Positions 17,854 through 27,801 of a DNA stretch of 64,000 bases are shown in pieces (positions within the stretch are counted from its first letter, which is position 1; every line of letters starts with the position of its first letter). The translations under genes were made by a program, and so were the position numbers. The stretch lies in the NCBI GenBank assembly GCA_034520665.1, contig JAXHNJ010000001.1:194579-258578 (forward strand), in the 5' to 3' direction. The DNA comes from Patescibacteria group bacterium. GTDB taxonomy: Bacteria; Patescibacteriota; Patescibacteriia; JAXHNJ01. Below the pieces are notes generated by a model. That model made no database searches. It was not told where the DNA came from and was given only the letters and a program-made list of their open reading frames with translations.

Positions 17854-18216
17854 ATGCATTGTTTAATTTGTGGAAAAGATTTTTCTGGTAAAACAGAGGA
17901 TATTACAATTATTTCTCATAGAAAAATAAAGTATGCCGTATGTAATAAATGTTACGGTACTTGTGTATCTTGTGGTAAGAAATTTGAACCGGGAAGGGCT
18001 GGCATAACTAGATTAGTCTGCCCTGAATGCCGGAAAGCTCTGAATAGAAAAAATAGAGAGGAAAAATTTAATACTCATTTTTTGGATATGCCGGGTAAAA
18101 GAGCAGATTGGGTCTCTGACGATACATTTAACGAAATAAATAGGAGAAATTTTAAAAGCCGTATTGCGGATTTATTGGGTTGTGAGGATCATAATGAAGA
18201 AAGTTTTTCTTTGTAA
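17854..18216 (+). CDS. zinc-ribbon protein with multiple CxxC pairs, unknown function
   Basis: Strong RBS aaggagg. CxxC at 3, 30, 36-39, 56-59. Confidence 0.45.
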   Translation: MHCLICGKDFSGKTEDITIISHRKIKYAVCNKCYGTCVSCGKKFEPGRAGITRLVCPECRKALNRKNREEKFNTHFLDMPGKRADWVSDDTFNEINRRNFKSRIADLLGCEDHNEESFSL

Positions 18217-18283
18217 AAGTATTAAAAAATTATGAGGGAATCTTAAAGGTTCCCTCCTTTTTATTATATCTTCTTGACATCTA

Positions 18284-18471
18284 AATTCAATCTGCTATAC
18301 TAAGGATAACCTAAAATATTTGCCACAGATCGTCGGTGTCGCTTCAGTTGAGCTAAGCTCGACAAGCGCGACTCAATATCCGGCCGAGGTAAACAAAAAA
18401 TGAGGGGAAATCCTTGTTTGTCGTGTAAAAATGGTCTGTGGTAACACAGATCTATTTTTAATCTTAAAAAT
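18284..18471 (+). promoter_or_regulatory. rplJ promoter (TTGACA-16-TATACT) and structured L10-leader-like 5'UTR
   Basis: -35 TTGACA 18284-18289, -10 TATACT 18306-18311. The roughly 155-nt UTR has complementary segments ccacagatc / gatctgtgg and lies immediately upstream of rplJ, as the autoregulatory L10 leader does in many bacteria. Confidence 0.4.
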
Positions 18472-18993
18472 ATGGCTAAAACTAAGGCAAAAAAAGAAAA
18501 AGATTTAAAAAAAATTAAGAAAAGTTTGTCAGAAATGAAAACCCTGGTTTTTATTGATTATACGGGGGTGGGAGTCAATGAGGTTAATAAATTAAGGGAA
18601 TCCTTGCGGGATAATCAAGTGGAATACTATATTGCTAAGCGTACTTTGCTAAAAAAAGCCTTTAAAGAATCAGATATTGATATTGATTGGGAAAAAGTGC
18701 CGGGCCCAGTAGCTTTAGCTTTTGGTCTGGAAGATGAAGTGATGCCGGCTAAGTTGATGTATGAGTTTAAAAAAGAACATGAAGAAATTGAATTTTTGGG
18801 CGGAGTTTTTGAAGATAATTTCATTGGCAAGGAAAAGGTTTTGGAACTGGCTAAATTACCGAGCCAGGAAGAGCTGATGTTTAAGACGGTTTATCTTATT
18901 AAATACCCGATTACCGGACTAGTCAATACTTTAAAGGGCTCTCTTAATAAATTAGTTTACGCCCTCAAGGCCGTCCAAGAAAGTAAAGTTTAA
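18472..18993 (+). CDS. rplJ: 50S ribosomal protein L10
   Basis: 173 aa. Typical L10 N-terminus (KKEKDLKKIKKSL..LVFIDYTGV..VNEVNKLR) and gene order rplJ-rplL. Confidence 0.85.
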   Translation: MAKTKAKKEKDLKKIKKSLSEMKTLVFIDYTGVGVNEVNKLRESLRDNQVEYYIAKRTLLKKAFKESDIDIDWEKVPGPVALAFGLEDEVMPAKLMYEFKKEHEEIEFLGGVFEDNFIGKEKVLELAKLPSQEELMFKTVYLIKYPITGLVNTLKGSLNKLVYALKAVQESKV

Positions 18994-19034
18994 TATAAAT
19001 AATAATTAATAAAATTAATAAAGGAAAAATAATT

Positions 19035-19514
19035 ATGGTAGAAGAAAAGAAATCTATTTCCGAAGAATCCAAAGAGGAAACTAAAGAAGAAAAAAAGACT
19101 GAAGAAAAAAAAGAAGCTAAAGATGTTGAGGTGCCGGCTAAGTTCAAAAAAATCGTGGAAGAAATTGAAAAAATGTCAGTGCTTGATCTTTCAGAGTTAG
19201 TCAAAATTCTGGAAGAAAAATTTGACGTTAGTGCGGCCGCTCCTGTGGCTGTGGCTGGCGGAGCCGCTGCTGGCGGAGAAGAAGGGGGAGCTGGCGAAGA
19301 AAAGTCAGAATTTGACGTAGAATTAGTAGAAGCCGGTTCAAACAAAATTAGTGTGATTAAAGTAGTCAGAGCAGTTACTGAAAAAGGTCTTAAAGAGGCC
19401 AAGGGTGTTGTTGATAAAGCACCGCAGGTAATTAAAGAAGCATTACCCAAGGAAGAGGCCGAGAAATTAAAGAAAGAGCTAGAAGAAGCCGGCGCTAAGG
19501 TTAATCTTAAATAA
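19035..19514 (+). CDS. rplL: 50S ribosomal protein L7/L12
   Basis: Ala/Gly/Glu-rich hinge ([23 protein letters not shown]) and a C-terminal domain ...[27 protein letters not shown]...[18 protein letters not shown]. Confidence 0.9.
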   Translation: MVEEKKSISEESKEETKEEKKTEEKKEAKDVEVPAKFKKIVEEIEKMSVLDLSELVKILEEKFDVSAAAPVAVAGGAAAGGEEGGAGEEKSEFDVELVEAGSNKISVIKVVRAVTEKGLKEAKGVVDKAPQVIKEALPKEEAEKLKKELEEAGAKVNLK

Positions 19515-19532
19515 AAAAGATTTATACAAAAA

Positions 19533-19562
19533 AGCACTTCTAAACTAGAGGTGCTTTTTTTT
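19533..19562 (+). terminator. intrinsic terminator after rplL
   Basis: agcacttc-taaacta-gaggtgct followed by a T-run of 8. Confidence 0.6.
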
Positions 19563-19682
19563 AATTTTTAAATAATGATTTCTCGACTGCGTCGTGCTTA
19601 GTGCGACTTCGCTCGAAATGGATTATTTATTTTAACACCATTTCCACTGAGGAGGGAACGATGAGTGGAGAAATCTTTTAAT

Positions 19683-21962
19683 TTATAGATTTATAGTAAT
19701 TTCAAATAGTTTAGAGCTGGCCAGGAGGAAGGCTTTACTATTATCTTCGTCAACCGAAAAATCTTTTAAGTCATTAAATTGGTCAGAAAAATATTGGTTA
19801 ACTAGGTTACCTTGTTTATCAAACTGAACCAATCTTTTATTTTGATTATCTAAAATATAAATATAATTTGAGTCTTCACTGGTCCAGACTTTCTCAGCTG
19901 AAGATAAAGCTGGGTCAATAATATCTAACGAGAAATCTTGTTCATAGCCCTGAAAGAGTTCAAGCAATTGGCCGTTTGATTTTAGTAAATATATTGAGCC
20001 GTCAATAACCAGAGAAACCCCGTCTTGTATATTTAAATCCGGATCTCTGATCCAAGCCGTGCTCGGACCAAAGCCAACTGTGCCGCGTTGGTGGCGATAA
20101 ATTTGGTTTGACTGACTATCTAGATAATAAAAGCGTGAGCGGTAAACAGCTAAATCTTGTACATTCATATTTTCTTGCGGAAAATCAATAGTTAAAGGTG
20201 TCAGTACCCCGGTATTTTTATTAAGCTCAACCATACCTGGATTATTATCATAGAGTAGGACCGTGGAGGTAGTTTCCTGGACCATTTTTTGAAACTGACC
20301 AATATCCGTTAAGTTATTTTCAATGGTAATTACTTCGTTGCGGGTTAAATCAATTTCGTAAATATTATTATTAGCATTAATTAAATAGGCAAAGTCTCCA
20401 GCTTGAACCAGAGAGCTGACCGGAGAATAATTTTCTAATTCAGAAAAATCTTTTTTTAGTATAGGATTATCCACATTAACCACGTGAAGTGTTTTTTGGT
20501 ATTCTTTTTCAATTCCGGTTTCTAATTCAGAATAAGTGGCCTTTTCTTCCTTGGATTTATTAGGCAGCTGGGCCAACAAGTCACGAGCCTGACCAAGAAG
20601 TTCTTTAGCTCCTCGCTCATCTTCATAGCTTAAAGCAGCTCCAGCCTCAAAGGTTAAGTCTTGGATTTGCCTGATTATTTCGGCTTCTCTTTCGGCTGAT
20701 AATTTATTGTCATTCTGCCAGCCCAGGTAAACTATACTAGTGGCAAAAATAAAAAGTATTATCAAGGCAATGATCAGAGTTTTCTGAGCTTTTTTGGGAA
20801 GACGGCGAAAACGGAAAATGCCGCTGTGAATTTTACTCTCAGTTTTTTCTGGAATTTCTTTGAGTTTATTTTTAATAGTTTTAGGTTTTCTAAAAAGATT
20901 AAACAAAGCCCAGAAAAGACTGGCTAATCCCTGAGCTAGCCATTTTATACCTTTTGATAGGTAATTAAAAATATTTTTTAAATAATTTTTACCTGGCTTG
21001 GGTTTTTTTATCTTTTTTTCAGGAGAGTAGTATGAAGAATCCGGCAAAGATCTTTTAGGCCCTTTTTTTAGCACTTTTTTACGGTAAATACTACCTAAGA
21101 CGGAAAAACTTTTTTTTATTGATTTAAAGAATTTAGGAAAAACTGAGGGTGAAAGATACTCTGAAGTTTTTTCTTCTTGACTTCTCAAATCCTGCATAGA
21201 AGCCTGAGGTGGGGTATATGAAGAGGAAAGAGCTGTATCGGAAGGACGACGAGATATATCTTTCTGCTCGGGCAGTTTTTCCGGGGTTGGTACCAGCTTG
21301 GAGACAATAGCGCCAAAAGAAGTGGCCGCATTGGCTTCAAGAAGAATTTTTTCCAGTTCTTTTGTTGAGTCAGAAGGTAAAGTATTAGAAATCACTCTTT
21401 TTAATTTTTCCTGCGAGAAATAATCAAGAAGAGAGGTAGTGCAGAAAAGAAGCTGATCTCCGGGATTAACATTACCTTCAATGATATTGGAAAATATTTT
21501 TAAAGGATTTATTTTTGCCCGTGGTTGTGAAGTTTTGGTAATGATATCAATAATTTTATCGCGGTGAATTAAAAAAGCATGAATACGGCCGATATGAGCT
21601 AAATATATTCTGGTACCGTGAATAACAGCAATAATAATATTAAACTTATCCAACCAGTTAGTGATGCCTTCGGAAATAATATGGTGCAGAGCTTGATTAG
21701 TTTTCGACAAAGCATTTTCAAAAGCGGCCTCAACATTTGTCTCCTCAGAATAATAAAAATGATTCTTTAGTTCTTGCTGAATAATATTTATGATCTCCTG
21801 GTTTATTTTTTCTTCAGAATCAATTTCACATATAACAAAGAGGCGTCCCAGATTTTTTTCTTCCAAAGGAGTGGGGCGTGATAAGAAAATATGAGTAGTA
21901 CTCCGGGATTTATCCGGATCATAAATTAGTAATTGGTCAACTTCGGCTTTAGCTTTTGACAT
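19683..21962 (-). CDS. membrane-anchored PP2C-family (SpoIIE-like) Ser/Thr phosphatase with large C-terminal extracytoplasmic domain
   Basis: The N-terminal ~230 aa show a PP2C-like pattern (...IIIAVIHGTRIYLAHIGRIHAFLI...NPGDQLLFCT...). One TM helix (LIIALIILFIFATSIVYLGW) is followed by a ~370-aa C-terminal domain of unknown function. Confidence 0.45.
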   Translation of the reverse strand: MSKAKAEVDQLLIYDPDKSRSTTHIFLSRPTPLEEKNLGRLFVICEIDSEEKINQEIINIIQQELKNHFYYSEETNVEAAFENALSKTNQALHHIISEGITNWLDKFNIIIAVIHGTRIYLAHIGRIHAFLIHRDKIIDIITKTSQPRAKINPLKIFSNIIEGNVNPGDQLLFCTTSLLDYFSQEKLKRVISNTLPSDSTKELEKILLEANAATSFGAIVSKLVPTPEKLPEQKDISRRPSDTALSSSYTPPQASMQDLRSQEEKTSEYLSPSVFPKFFKSIKKSFSVLGSIYRKKVLKKGPKRSLPDSSYYSPEKKIKKPKPGKNYLKNIFNYLSKGIKWLAQGLASLFWALFNLFRKPKTIKNKLKEIPEKTESKIHSGIFRFRRLPKKAQKTLIIALIILFIFATSIVYLGWQNDNKLSAEREAEIIRQIQDLTFEAGAALSYEDERGAKELLGQARDLLAQLPNKSKEEKATYSELETGIEKEYQKTLHVVNVDNPILKKDFSELENYSPVSSLVQAGDFAYLINANNNIYEIDLTRNEVITIENNLTDIGQFQKMVQETTSTVLLYDNNPGMVELNKNTGVLTPLTIDFPQENMNVQDLAVYRSRFYYLDSQSNQIYRHQRGTVGFGPSTAWIRDPDLNIQDGVSLVIDGSIYLLKSNGQLLELFQGYEQDFSLDIIDPALSSAEKVWTSEDSNYIYILDNQNKRLVQFDKQGNLVNQYFSDQFNDLKDFSVDEDNSKAFLLASSKLFEITINL

Positions 21963-22040
21963 AATTTAGACTTATTATTTGCTGCTTTTTACTAAATATA
22001 TTATACTATATATATAAATAATTGATAAGGGGTCTAAAAT

Positions 22041-22604
22041 ATGCTTGAACAATTATTTAGTTCAAGAACCAGAGTCAAGTTGATAAAACTTTTTATGCTC
22101 AATGAAGAGGAGTCTTATTTTATTCGTGAAATTTCTCGCAAAATAAAAGAGCATATAAATTCAGTGCGGCGTGAGTTGAATAACTTAGAATCAGTAGATT
22201 TAATCAACTCTTCCGGTCAGGGACAGAAAAAATACTATCAGGTTAATTCTGAGCATGTCATTTTTCCGGAATTAAAGTCTATGGTTTTTAAGTCTCAGAT
22301 TTTTATGGAAAAAAGTTTTATCAAAAAAATACAAAAATCCGGACGGATAAAACTGCTTATCTTAACTGGTTTTTTTGCCGGGCAGGAAAATAACATTACT
22401 GATATTTTAATTGTCGGCAGTATTAACCGTAAAAAATTAAAAAGTCTGGTTAAAAAATTTCAAAAGAAAATTGACCACCCTCTTCATTACACTATTATGA
22501 CTAATAAAGAATTTGAATACAGAAATAATTTAACAGACAAATTTTTATTTAATATTTTAGAGGGTAAAAAGATAGTTTTAGTGGATAAGATTGATGCCAG
22601 CTAA
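22041..22604 (+). CDS. winged-helix DNA-binding protein, unknown function
   Basis: N-terminal region (RVKLIKLFMLNEEESYFIREISRKIKEHINSVRRELNNLESVDLI) looks like an ArsR/MarR-type wHTH. Confidence 0.35.
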   Translation: MLEQLFSSRTRVKLIKLFMLNEEESYFIREISRKIKEHINSVRRELNNLESVDLINSSGQGQKKYYQVNSEHVIFPELKSMVFKSQIFMEKSFIKKIQKSGRIKLLILTGFFAGQENNITDILIVGSINRKKLKSLVKKFQKKIDHPLHYTIMTNKEFEYRNNLTDKFLFNILEGKKIVLVDKIDAS

Positions 22605-23127
22605 AAATAAAAATAAATTATACTTAATAGCTCACAATATCCGCTCACTTCATAATGTCGGTTCTCTTTTTAGAACCGCCGATGGTGCCGGAGTGGATAA
22701 AATTATTTTATCCGGTTATACGGGCTCACCGCCGTGCCAAAAAATCAGCAAAGTAGCTTTAGGAGCTGAGGAAAATGTACCTTTTGAAAAAACAGAAGAT
22801 ATTAATTCTTATATTAAAGACTTAAAAAAGCAAGGCTTTAAAATCATAGCCTTAGAAACTAAATCTCAAGGTAAAAATATATATAAATTTAAGCCCAAAT
22901 TCCCTCTAGCCTTGCTTATTGGCCATGAAAAAAGGGGATTACCGGCCGAGATATTAGAGTTAGCTGACCAAATACTGGAAATACCAATGAGAGGTCAGAA
23001 AAAGTCATTAAACGTGGCCGTGGCGGCTGGAGTGGCTCTTTATCAGATATTGAGGGATTGTCACCCTTCGGGTGATCCGCCTTGTCTGCCACAGGCAGGC
23101 TCTGGCGGAAGATATCTAGATATTTAG
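22591..23127 (+). CDS. SpoU/TrmH-family RNA 2'-O-methyltransferase
   Basis: HNVGSLFRTADGAGV..., ...LLIGHEKRGLP... and ...SLNVAVAAGVALYQ motifs of SPOUT methyltransferases. Confidence 0.75.
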   Translation: MMPAKNKNKLYLIAHNIRSLHNVGSLFRTADGAGVDKIILSGYTGSPPCQKISKVALGAEENVPFEKTEDINSYIKDLKKQGFKIIALETKSQGKNIYKFKPKFPLALLIGHEKRGLPAEILELADQILEIPMRGQKKSLNVAVAAGVALYQILRDCHPSGDPPCLPQAGSGGRYLDI

Positions 23128-23153
23128 TGATTAAGATAAATTAATTTAATTAT

Positions 23154-23735
23154 ATGACAAAGTTTATTTTCCATGGTGGGGAAACAAAAGTAAAAAATGT
23201 TCATAACCAAAATTATTTTAACGAAATAGTCAAGGGCTTAAAATCACCGGTAAAAGGGCTGGAAATTCCTTTTGCCAGACAAAGAGATAAATGGCAAAGT
23301 GGAGTTTTACGTGATAAAAAAAAGTTCCAGAGAAATCTTAAAGATAATAAAAAAGTTGAATTAGATTTAGCTAGTGAAAAATCTTCAATTCTACGTCAGC
23401 AAATTAAAAAAGCCGAGGTGGTTTTTATTATTGGCGGCTTGGAGATGAAGTGTTTAAAAGAAAATCTGAAAAAAATAAAAGATTTTAAGCAATTAATTAA
23501 AGGAAAAGTAGTGGCTGGTTCATCAGCTGGAGCTTATGTTTTAAGTCAGTATTATTATACTCATGGCCGAGCCAGGGTAGAGGAAGGCCTGGGAATTTTG
23601 CCAGTAAAAACAATAGCTCACTATGAAAAAGAAAAAGATAAAGGTAATCTAAAAAAATTATCGGAAAAAAACGGCCAATTAAAAATTATCAAAATACCAG
23701 AAACACAATATGTGGTTATAAATAAAGTATTATGA
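23154..23735 (+). CDS. peptidase S51 (dipeptidase E / cyanophycinase-like) family protein
   Basis: VVFIIGG... and VVAGSSAGAYVLSQ match the S51 G-x-S-A-G-A nucleophile region. Confidence 0.5.
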   Translation: MTKFIFHGGETKVKNVHNQNYFNEIVKGLKSPVKGLEIPFARQRDKWQSGVLRDKKKFQRNLKDNKKVELDLASEKSSILRQQIKKAEVVFIIGGLEMKCLKENLKKIKDFKQLIKGKVVAGSSAGAYVLSQYYYTHGRARVEEGLGILPVKTIAHYEKEKDKGNLKKLSEKNGQLKIIKIPETQYVVINKVL

Positions 23736-24511
23736 GAAAAGAAGTTTTATTTAAGAATAATTTAAATCAAAAACTAGTCGGTGATTTATATCTGCCAAAG
23801 AATATTAATAAACCGCCGGTAATTATTGTAATGCACGGATATCAAGGAGGGAGAAAGGGGATAGCAAGGCTAGCCGCAGATTTTGCCTTAAAAAAAGGAT
23901 TTGCAGTTCTTGCCTTTGATCGCTCGGGTCATGGGGAAAGTCAGGGGGATTATAGTCAATACACTGTTTCCCAGGGAGCTAATGATTTGAAGTCATCGGT
24001 TAATTTTCTTTTGAATAATAATCAAGTTGATATTAATAGAATCGGTCTAATGGCTACATCCGGTTCTGCTTATGAGGCTATTATTTATAGTTCACAAAAT
24101 AACAATCATTTGAAATCTTTAGTATTATCAGTACCAGTAACTAATTATAAAAAAATTGGGGCGGGCCATCCGGAATTTTTACCGGAAAATTTAAATAAAT
24201 GGCAAGATAAAGGGGTAATTCGGGGAGAAGATAAAAATTTTCCCGGTCTAAAATATAAATTTGTCGAAGATTTTGAAAAATATAATCTTTTCAATTTAGC
24301 TAAGAAAATTAATATACCCACTCTGGTGCATTATGCAGAAAAAGATTCTATTATTTCGGAAGCAAAAAAAGATTCAAAAATATTATATAAAAATCTTTCA
24401 GCGCAAGAAAAAAATATTTTTGGTACACCGACTGACCATGGCTATCATAAAACGGATTTAAGAGAGGACATATTTGAAAGATTTTTTAGGTGGTTTAAAA
24501 AGTATTTATGA
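23732..24511 (+). CDS. alpha/beta hydrolase (dienelactone-hydrolase-like)
   Basis: VIIVMHGYQGG...FDRSGHGES... with nucleophile-elbow-like GLMATSGSA. Start overlaps the previous stop by 4 bp. Confidence 0.6.
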   Translation: MRKEVLFKNNLNQKLVGDLYLPKNINKPPVIIVMHGYQGGRKGIARLAADFALKKGFAVLAFDRSGHGESQGDYSQYTVSQGANDLKSSVNFLLNNNQVDINRIGLMATSGSAYEAIIYSSQNNNHLKSLVLSVPVTNYKKIGAGHPEFLPENLNKWQDKGVIRGEDKNFPGLKYKFVEDFEKYNLFNLAKKINIPTLVHYAEKDSIISEAKKDSKILYKNLSAQEKNIFGTPTDHGYHKTDLREDIFERFFRWFKKYL

Positions 24512-25725
24512 GAAAAGAATTTTTTATAAAAAAACCGCCTTCGTATGGACTACGGCGGTCAAGTAAAAAAAGTCAGAGAATTCCCTGTGTTTTGTATTCT
24601 AAAGATAATAAAATAGATCCTAAGATACCGACTGTGATTTATTGCCACGGCTTTACCGGACACAAAGAAGAGCACTGGTATCCCAGGTTTTTTTCTTTGT
24701 TTCCTAAAAAGGACTATCAATTAGTGGCTTTTGATATGTACGCTCATGGCCAGAGTCAGGAGAAGTTTATTGATTTTACTTTATCTAAAGCCTTGTCTGA
24801 CTATAAAAGGGTTTATAATTACGTGGCCAACCAAGGCGTCAAAAGAATAGCTATAGCCGGGCATTCTCTGGGCGGTGCAGCCAGTATTTTAGTGGCTAAT
24901 GATTGGGATATTCATTGTTTAATCTTGCTTTCGCCGGTGACTGACCGTTTTTATTTTGAAAGGAATTTATTAAACACTAAAAAGAAAAAAAAATTTCTTA
25001 ATAAAATGAGTTTTTTTAAGTATACTGATTCAGTCGGTTTGGTTTTTAAGGTCGGGGACAAATTTTTTAAGGATTTTTTAAAACATAGAATAAGAAGAAA
25101 AGCTGCTAGAATAAAAAAGCCAATTCTATTAATTCACGCGGAAAAAGATAATTCAGTGCCTTTAAAAGAGGGTAAAGAATTGAATAAAACCTTTGATTTT
25201 GATATTACAGATTTTAAAATAATTAAAGGAGCGGATCATGGTTTTAAAGCGGCTAAATACCACAATCAGGTGATAAAACACTTTTTTAGGTGGACAGACA
25301 GATATCTTAAAAAGAGAATTGATGAGGTAGTGACCGTATTTATTAAAAGAGAGGACGGACGAATTTTACTTTTAAAAAGAAGCCAGAAATTGGGCACTTA
25401 TCAGGGTTTATGGTTTGGGGTTGGTGGTTATGTGGATGACCAAGAATCGCCAAGAAAGGCTGTTTTCCGGGAAATTAAAGAAGAGCTTAACTTAAATAAA
25501 GATAAAATTAAAATAATAAAAAAAGCCGCACCTTATCGATTTGATGATAAAAAGTATGATAAGGACTGGCGTATTCATACCTTTCTTTGTCAGGCCAAAT
25601 CAGGTAAAATAAAAACAGATTGGGAAGCTGATGAATACAAATGGGTCCAGCCAAAAGATATTCTAAAATATAAAACAGTGTCAATTACTAAAAAAGGATT
25701 AAAACAAGTTGGATTAATTAAATGA
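24508..25725 (+). CDS. alpha/beta hydrolase - NUDIX hydrolase fusion protein
   Basis: N-terminal domain has HGFTGH...IAGHSLGGAAS (GxSxG). C-terminal domain has GGYVDDQESPRKAVFREIKEELNL (Nudix box GX5EX7REUXEEXGU). Confidence 0.65.
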   Translation: MRKEFFIKKPPSYGLRRSSKKSQRIPCVLYSKDNKIDPKIPTVIYCHGFTGHKEEHWYPRFFSLFPKKDYQLVAFDMYAHGQSQEKFIDFTLSKALSDYKRVYNYVANQGVKRIAIAGHSLGGAASILVANDWDIHCLILLSPVTDRFYFERNLLNTKKKKKFLNKMSFFKYTDSVGLVFKVGDKFFKDFLKHRIRRKAARIKKPILLIHAEKDNSVPLKEGKELNKTFDFDITDFKIIKGADHGFKAAKYHNQVIKHFFRWTDRYLKKRIDEVVTVFIKREDGRILLLKRSQKLGTYQGLWFGVGGYVDDQESPRKAVFREIKEELNLNKDKIKIIKKAAPYRFDDKKYDKDWRIHTFLCQAKSGKIKTDWEADEYKWVQPKDILKYKTVSITKKGLKQVGLIK

Positions 25726-26135
25726 ATTTAATTATCAACACAGCCAATAGGAATAAAATAATCGTGGCTATTGGTGATAATAAAAATATTATTAAAGAAA
25801 GTTTAGAAACTAGTTTTCATGAATCAGAAAAACTTATTCCATTAATTAAAAAAGTTTTAAAAAAAGCGAAAAAGCAATTAAAGAAGATTAAAAAAATAAT
25901 TGTAGTCACTGGACCAGGGCCTTTTACTTCTTTGCGTATTGGCATCGGAGTGGCTAATGCTCTGGCTTTGAGTTTAAATATTGCAGTAGTTGGATTTAAA
26001 AAAGATGAATTTAAGAGTATCAAGGATTTGATCAAAAAGTCGGAAAACAAAAAATTAAAGAAAAATAATTTTGTTAAACCTTTTTATGATAAAAAACCGA
26101 ATATTACTAAACCGAAAAAACCATGGTTGAAATAA
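25722..26135 (+). CDS. tsaB: tRNA threonylcarbamoyladenosine biosynthesis protein TsaB (short YeaZ-like form)
   Basis: VVTGPGPFTSLRIGIGVANALALSLNIAVVGF matches the YeaZ/TsaB N-terminal signature. Confidence 0.6.
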   Translation: MNLIINTANRNKIIVAIGDNKNIIKESLETSFHESEKLIPLIKKVLKKAKKQLKKIKKIIVVTGPGPFTSLRIGIGVANALALSLNIAVVGFKKDEFKSIKDLIKKSENKKLKKNNFVKPFYDKKPNITKPKKPWLK

Positions 26136-26740
26136 AACCCTTTATTTTAGGACCCTTGCAGAATAATTGTTTTGTAATAAATGATAAGAACAAAAAAGCA
26201 GCGATTATTGACCCAGGCTATCCCGAGGAAGAGTTAATATTTTATCTTAAAGATAATCAACTGGAGGTTAAATATATTTTGGTTACTCACGCTCATTTTG
26301 ATCATGTTTCATTTGTGCCGGAAATCAAAGAAACTACCGGAGCTAAAATTGCCATGGCTGCTAAAGAAATACCCTTGATTAAAGGCTCATATGAATGGGG
26401 CGGTTCAGGCATGGGTTATGAAGTGGATAATTTTAAGCCGGATGAATATTTAGAAGATGGTGATATTATAAAAGTGGGCTTAATGATTTTTAAAGTTATT
26501 TCAACACCAGGGCATTCGCCGGGTGGGGTTTCTTTTTATTTAACTAAAGAAAAGATTTTATTTTCCGGTGACACCTTGTTTGCTGGGACAGTTGGGAGGA
26601 CAGATCTGCCAGGCTCCAGTGAAAAAGTTCTCTGGCAGGGTATAAAAAAGAAAATTTTTACTCTACCGAAAGAGACCAGAATATTACCCGGACACGGACC
26701 CGAGACTAGTGTTGGGCAGGAAAAAGAATTACAGGGGTAA
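26123..26740 (+). CDS. MBL-fold metallo-hydrolase
   Basis: VTHAHFDH (HxHxDH) ... GHSPGG ... GDTLFAG. Confidence 0.75.
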   Translation: MVEIKPFILGPLQNNCFVINDKNKKAAIIDPGYPEEELIFYLKDNQLEVKYILVTHAHFDHVSFVPEIKETTGAKIAMAAKEIPLIKGSYEWGGSGMGYEVDNFKPDEYLEDGDIIKVGLMIFKVISTPGHSPGGVSFYLTKEKILFSGDTLFAGTVGRTDLPGSSEKVLWQGIKKKIFTLPKETRILPGHGPETSVGQEKELQG

Positions 26741-27144
26741 TTATTAGGTTCTTTCTGTGGCCAGAATATTTAAGAAACAAGAGACAAGAAACAAGTAACA
26801 AAAAAATTCCAATTATCAATTTTTCAAACTTTAATAATTAAAACCTATTTGATAATTGAAACTTGAAATTTTATTATTGTTCGTATTATTGTTTCTTGTT
26901 TTTTTGTATCTTGAATAAAATTCTCAGACCCCAAATGCTAAAAGGCTATTGTTAGTAATTTTTTTTGCTTAGGAATATAAGATCTTTTTTTTAAAAAAAA
27001 TGTAATGTTTGAAAGGGGTAACTGGGGTTTTATTAAAATAAGAAAATATAAAAATATAATATAGCCCAGGCTTTTTTGGTCTGCGCTTTTTAATTTTACT
27101 TTAAAACAGAAGTTTTCTAATAATAACTACTTGCTTACACCCCT

Positions 27145-27275
27145 CACCTTTATAAAAGTGGGGGATTGACATATATGTGGAAAAGTATTGTGGTTGACAA
27201 ATAAACTATTGTGGGGTAAAATGGAAATGAGAGGTGAAAAGTGGATAAATGTGGGGATAAGTAATCATTTCTGTG
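27145..27275 (+). promoter_or_regulatory. mraZ/dcw promoter region with direct GTGGR repeats (candidate MraZ operator)
   Basis: At least seven GTGG(R) repeats at about 10-nt phasing (gtgggggattgacatatatgtggaaaagtattgtggttgacaaataaactattgtggggtaaaatgg...gtggataaatgtggggataag...ctgtggataag). Embedded TTGACA-17-TAAAAT promoter. Confidence 0.45.
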
Positions 27276-27340
27276 GATAAGCCTTAGCGAACAACACTTT
27301 TCACTTAAATTATTAAAACTTTATTTTTTCCACAAATAAA

Positions 27341-27772
27341 ATGTTTATTGGCGAATATTATCATTCAACTGATCAAAAAGGCCGTCTGGCCATTCCCAAA
27401 AAATTCCGGAGTGATTTATCTAAGGGAGCAGTAGTGACCAGGGGATTGGACAAGTGTCTTTTTATATATACAAAAAAAGAGTGGCAAGCTTTAGCTGATA
27501 AGTTAGCTTCTTTACCTATATCTAAAGCTAACACTCGGGCCTTTGCTCGTTTAATGCTGGCCGGAGCTATGGAAGTGGGAGTGGATAAGCAGGGGCGAGT
27601 GCTTTTACCAGATTACTTAAGAAAATACGCCGGCATAAAAAAGCAGGTGGTAGTAGCCGGTCTCTATAATCGCATTGAAGTTTGGGATAAGTTAGCCTGG
27701 AATAAATATAAAACCAATACAGAAAAACAATCCAGCGATATCGCCGAGGCTTTAGAAGGATTAGGCGTTTAA
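27341..27772 (+). CDS. mraZ: transcriptional regulator MraZ
   Basis: MFIGEYYHSTDQKGRLAIPKKFR is the canonical MraZ N-terminus. First gene of the dcw cluster. Confidence 0.9.
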   Translation: MFIGEYYHSTDQKGRLAIPKKFRSDLSKGAVVTRGLDKCLFIYTKKEWQALADKLASLPISKANTRAFARLMLAGAMEVGVDKQGRVLLPDYLRKYAGIKKQVVVAGLYNRIEVWDKLAWNKYKTNTEKQSSDIAEALEGLGV

Positions 27773-27801
27773 AATACTTTTAAATTAAATTATTTCATTT
27801 T

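Noticed and set aside
18965-19537. 190-aa ORF antisense to rplL
   Set aside because: Low-complexity S/A/P-rich translation of the reverse strand of the Ala/Glu-rich rplL gene. A classic antisense artefact.
26773-26913. Inverted repeat aagaaacaag...cttgtttctt between the MBL gene and mraZ
   Set aside because: Only ~11 bp of clean complementarity in an AT-rich, low-complexity region; could be chance.
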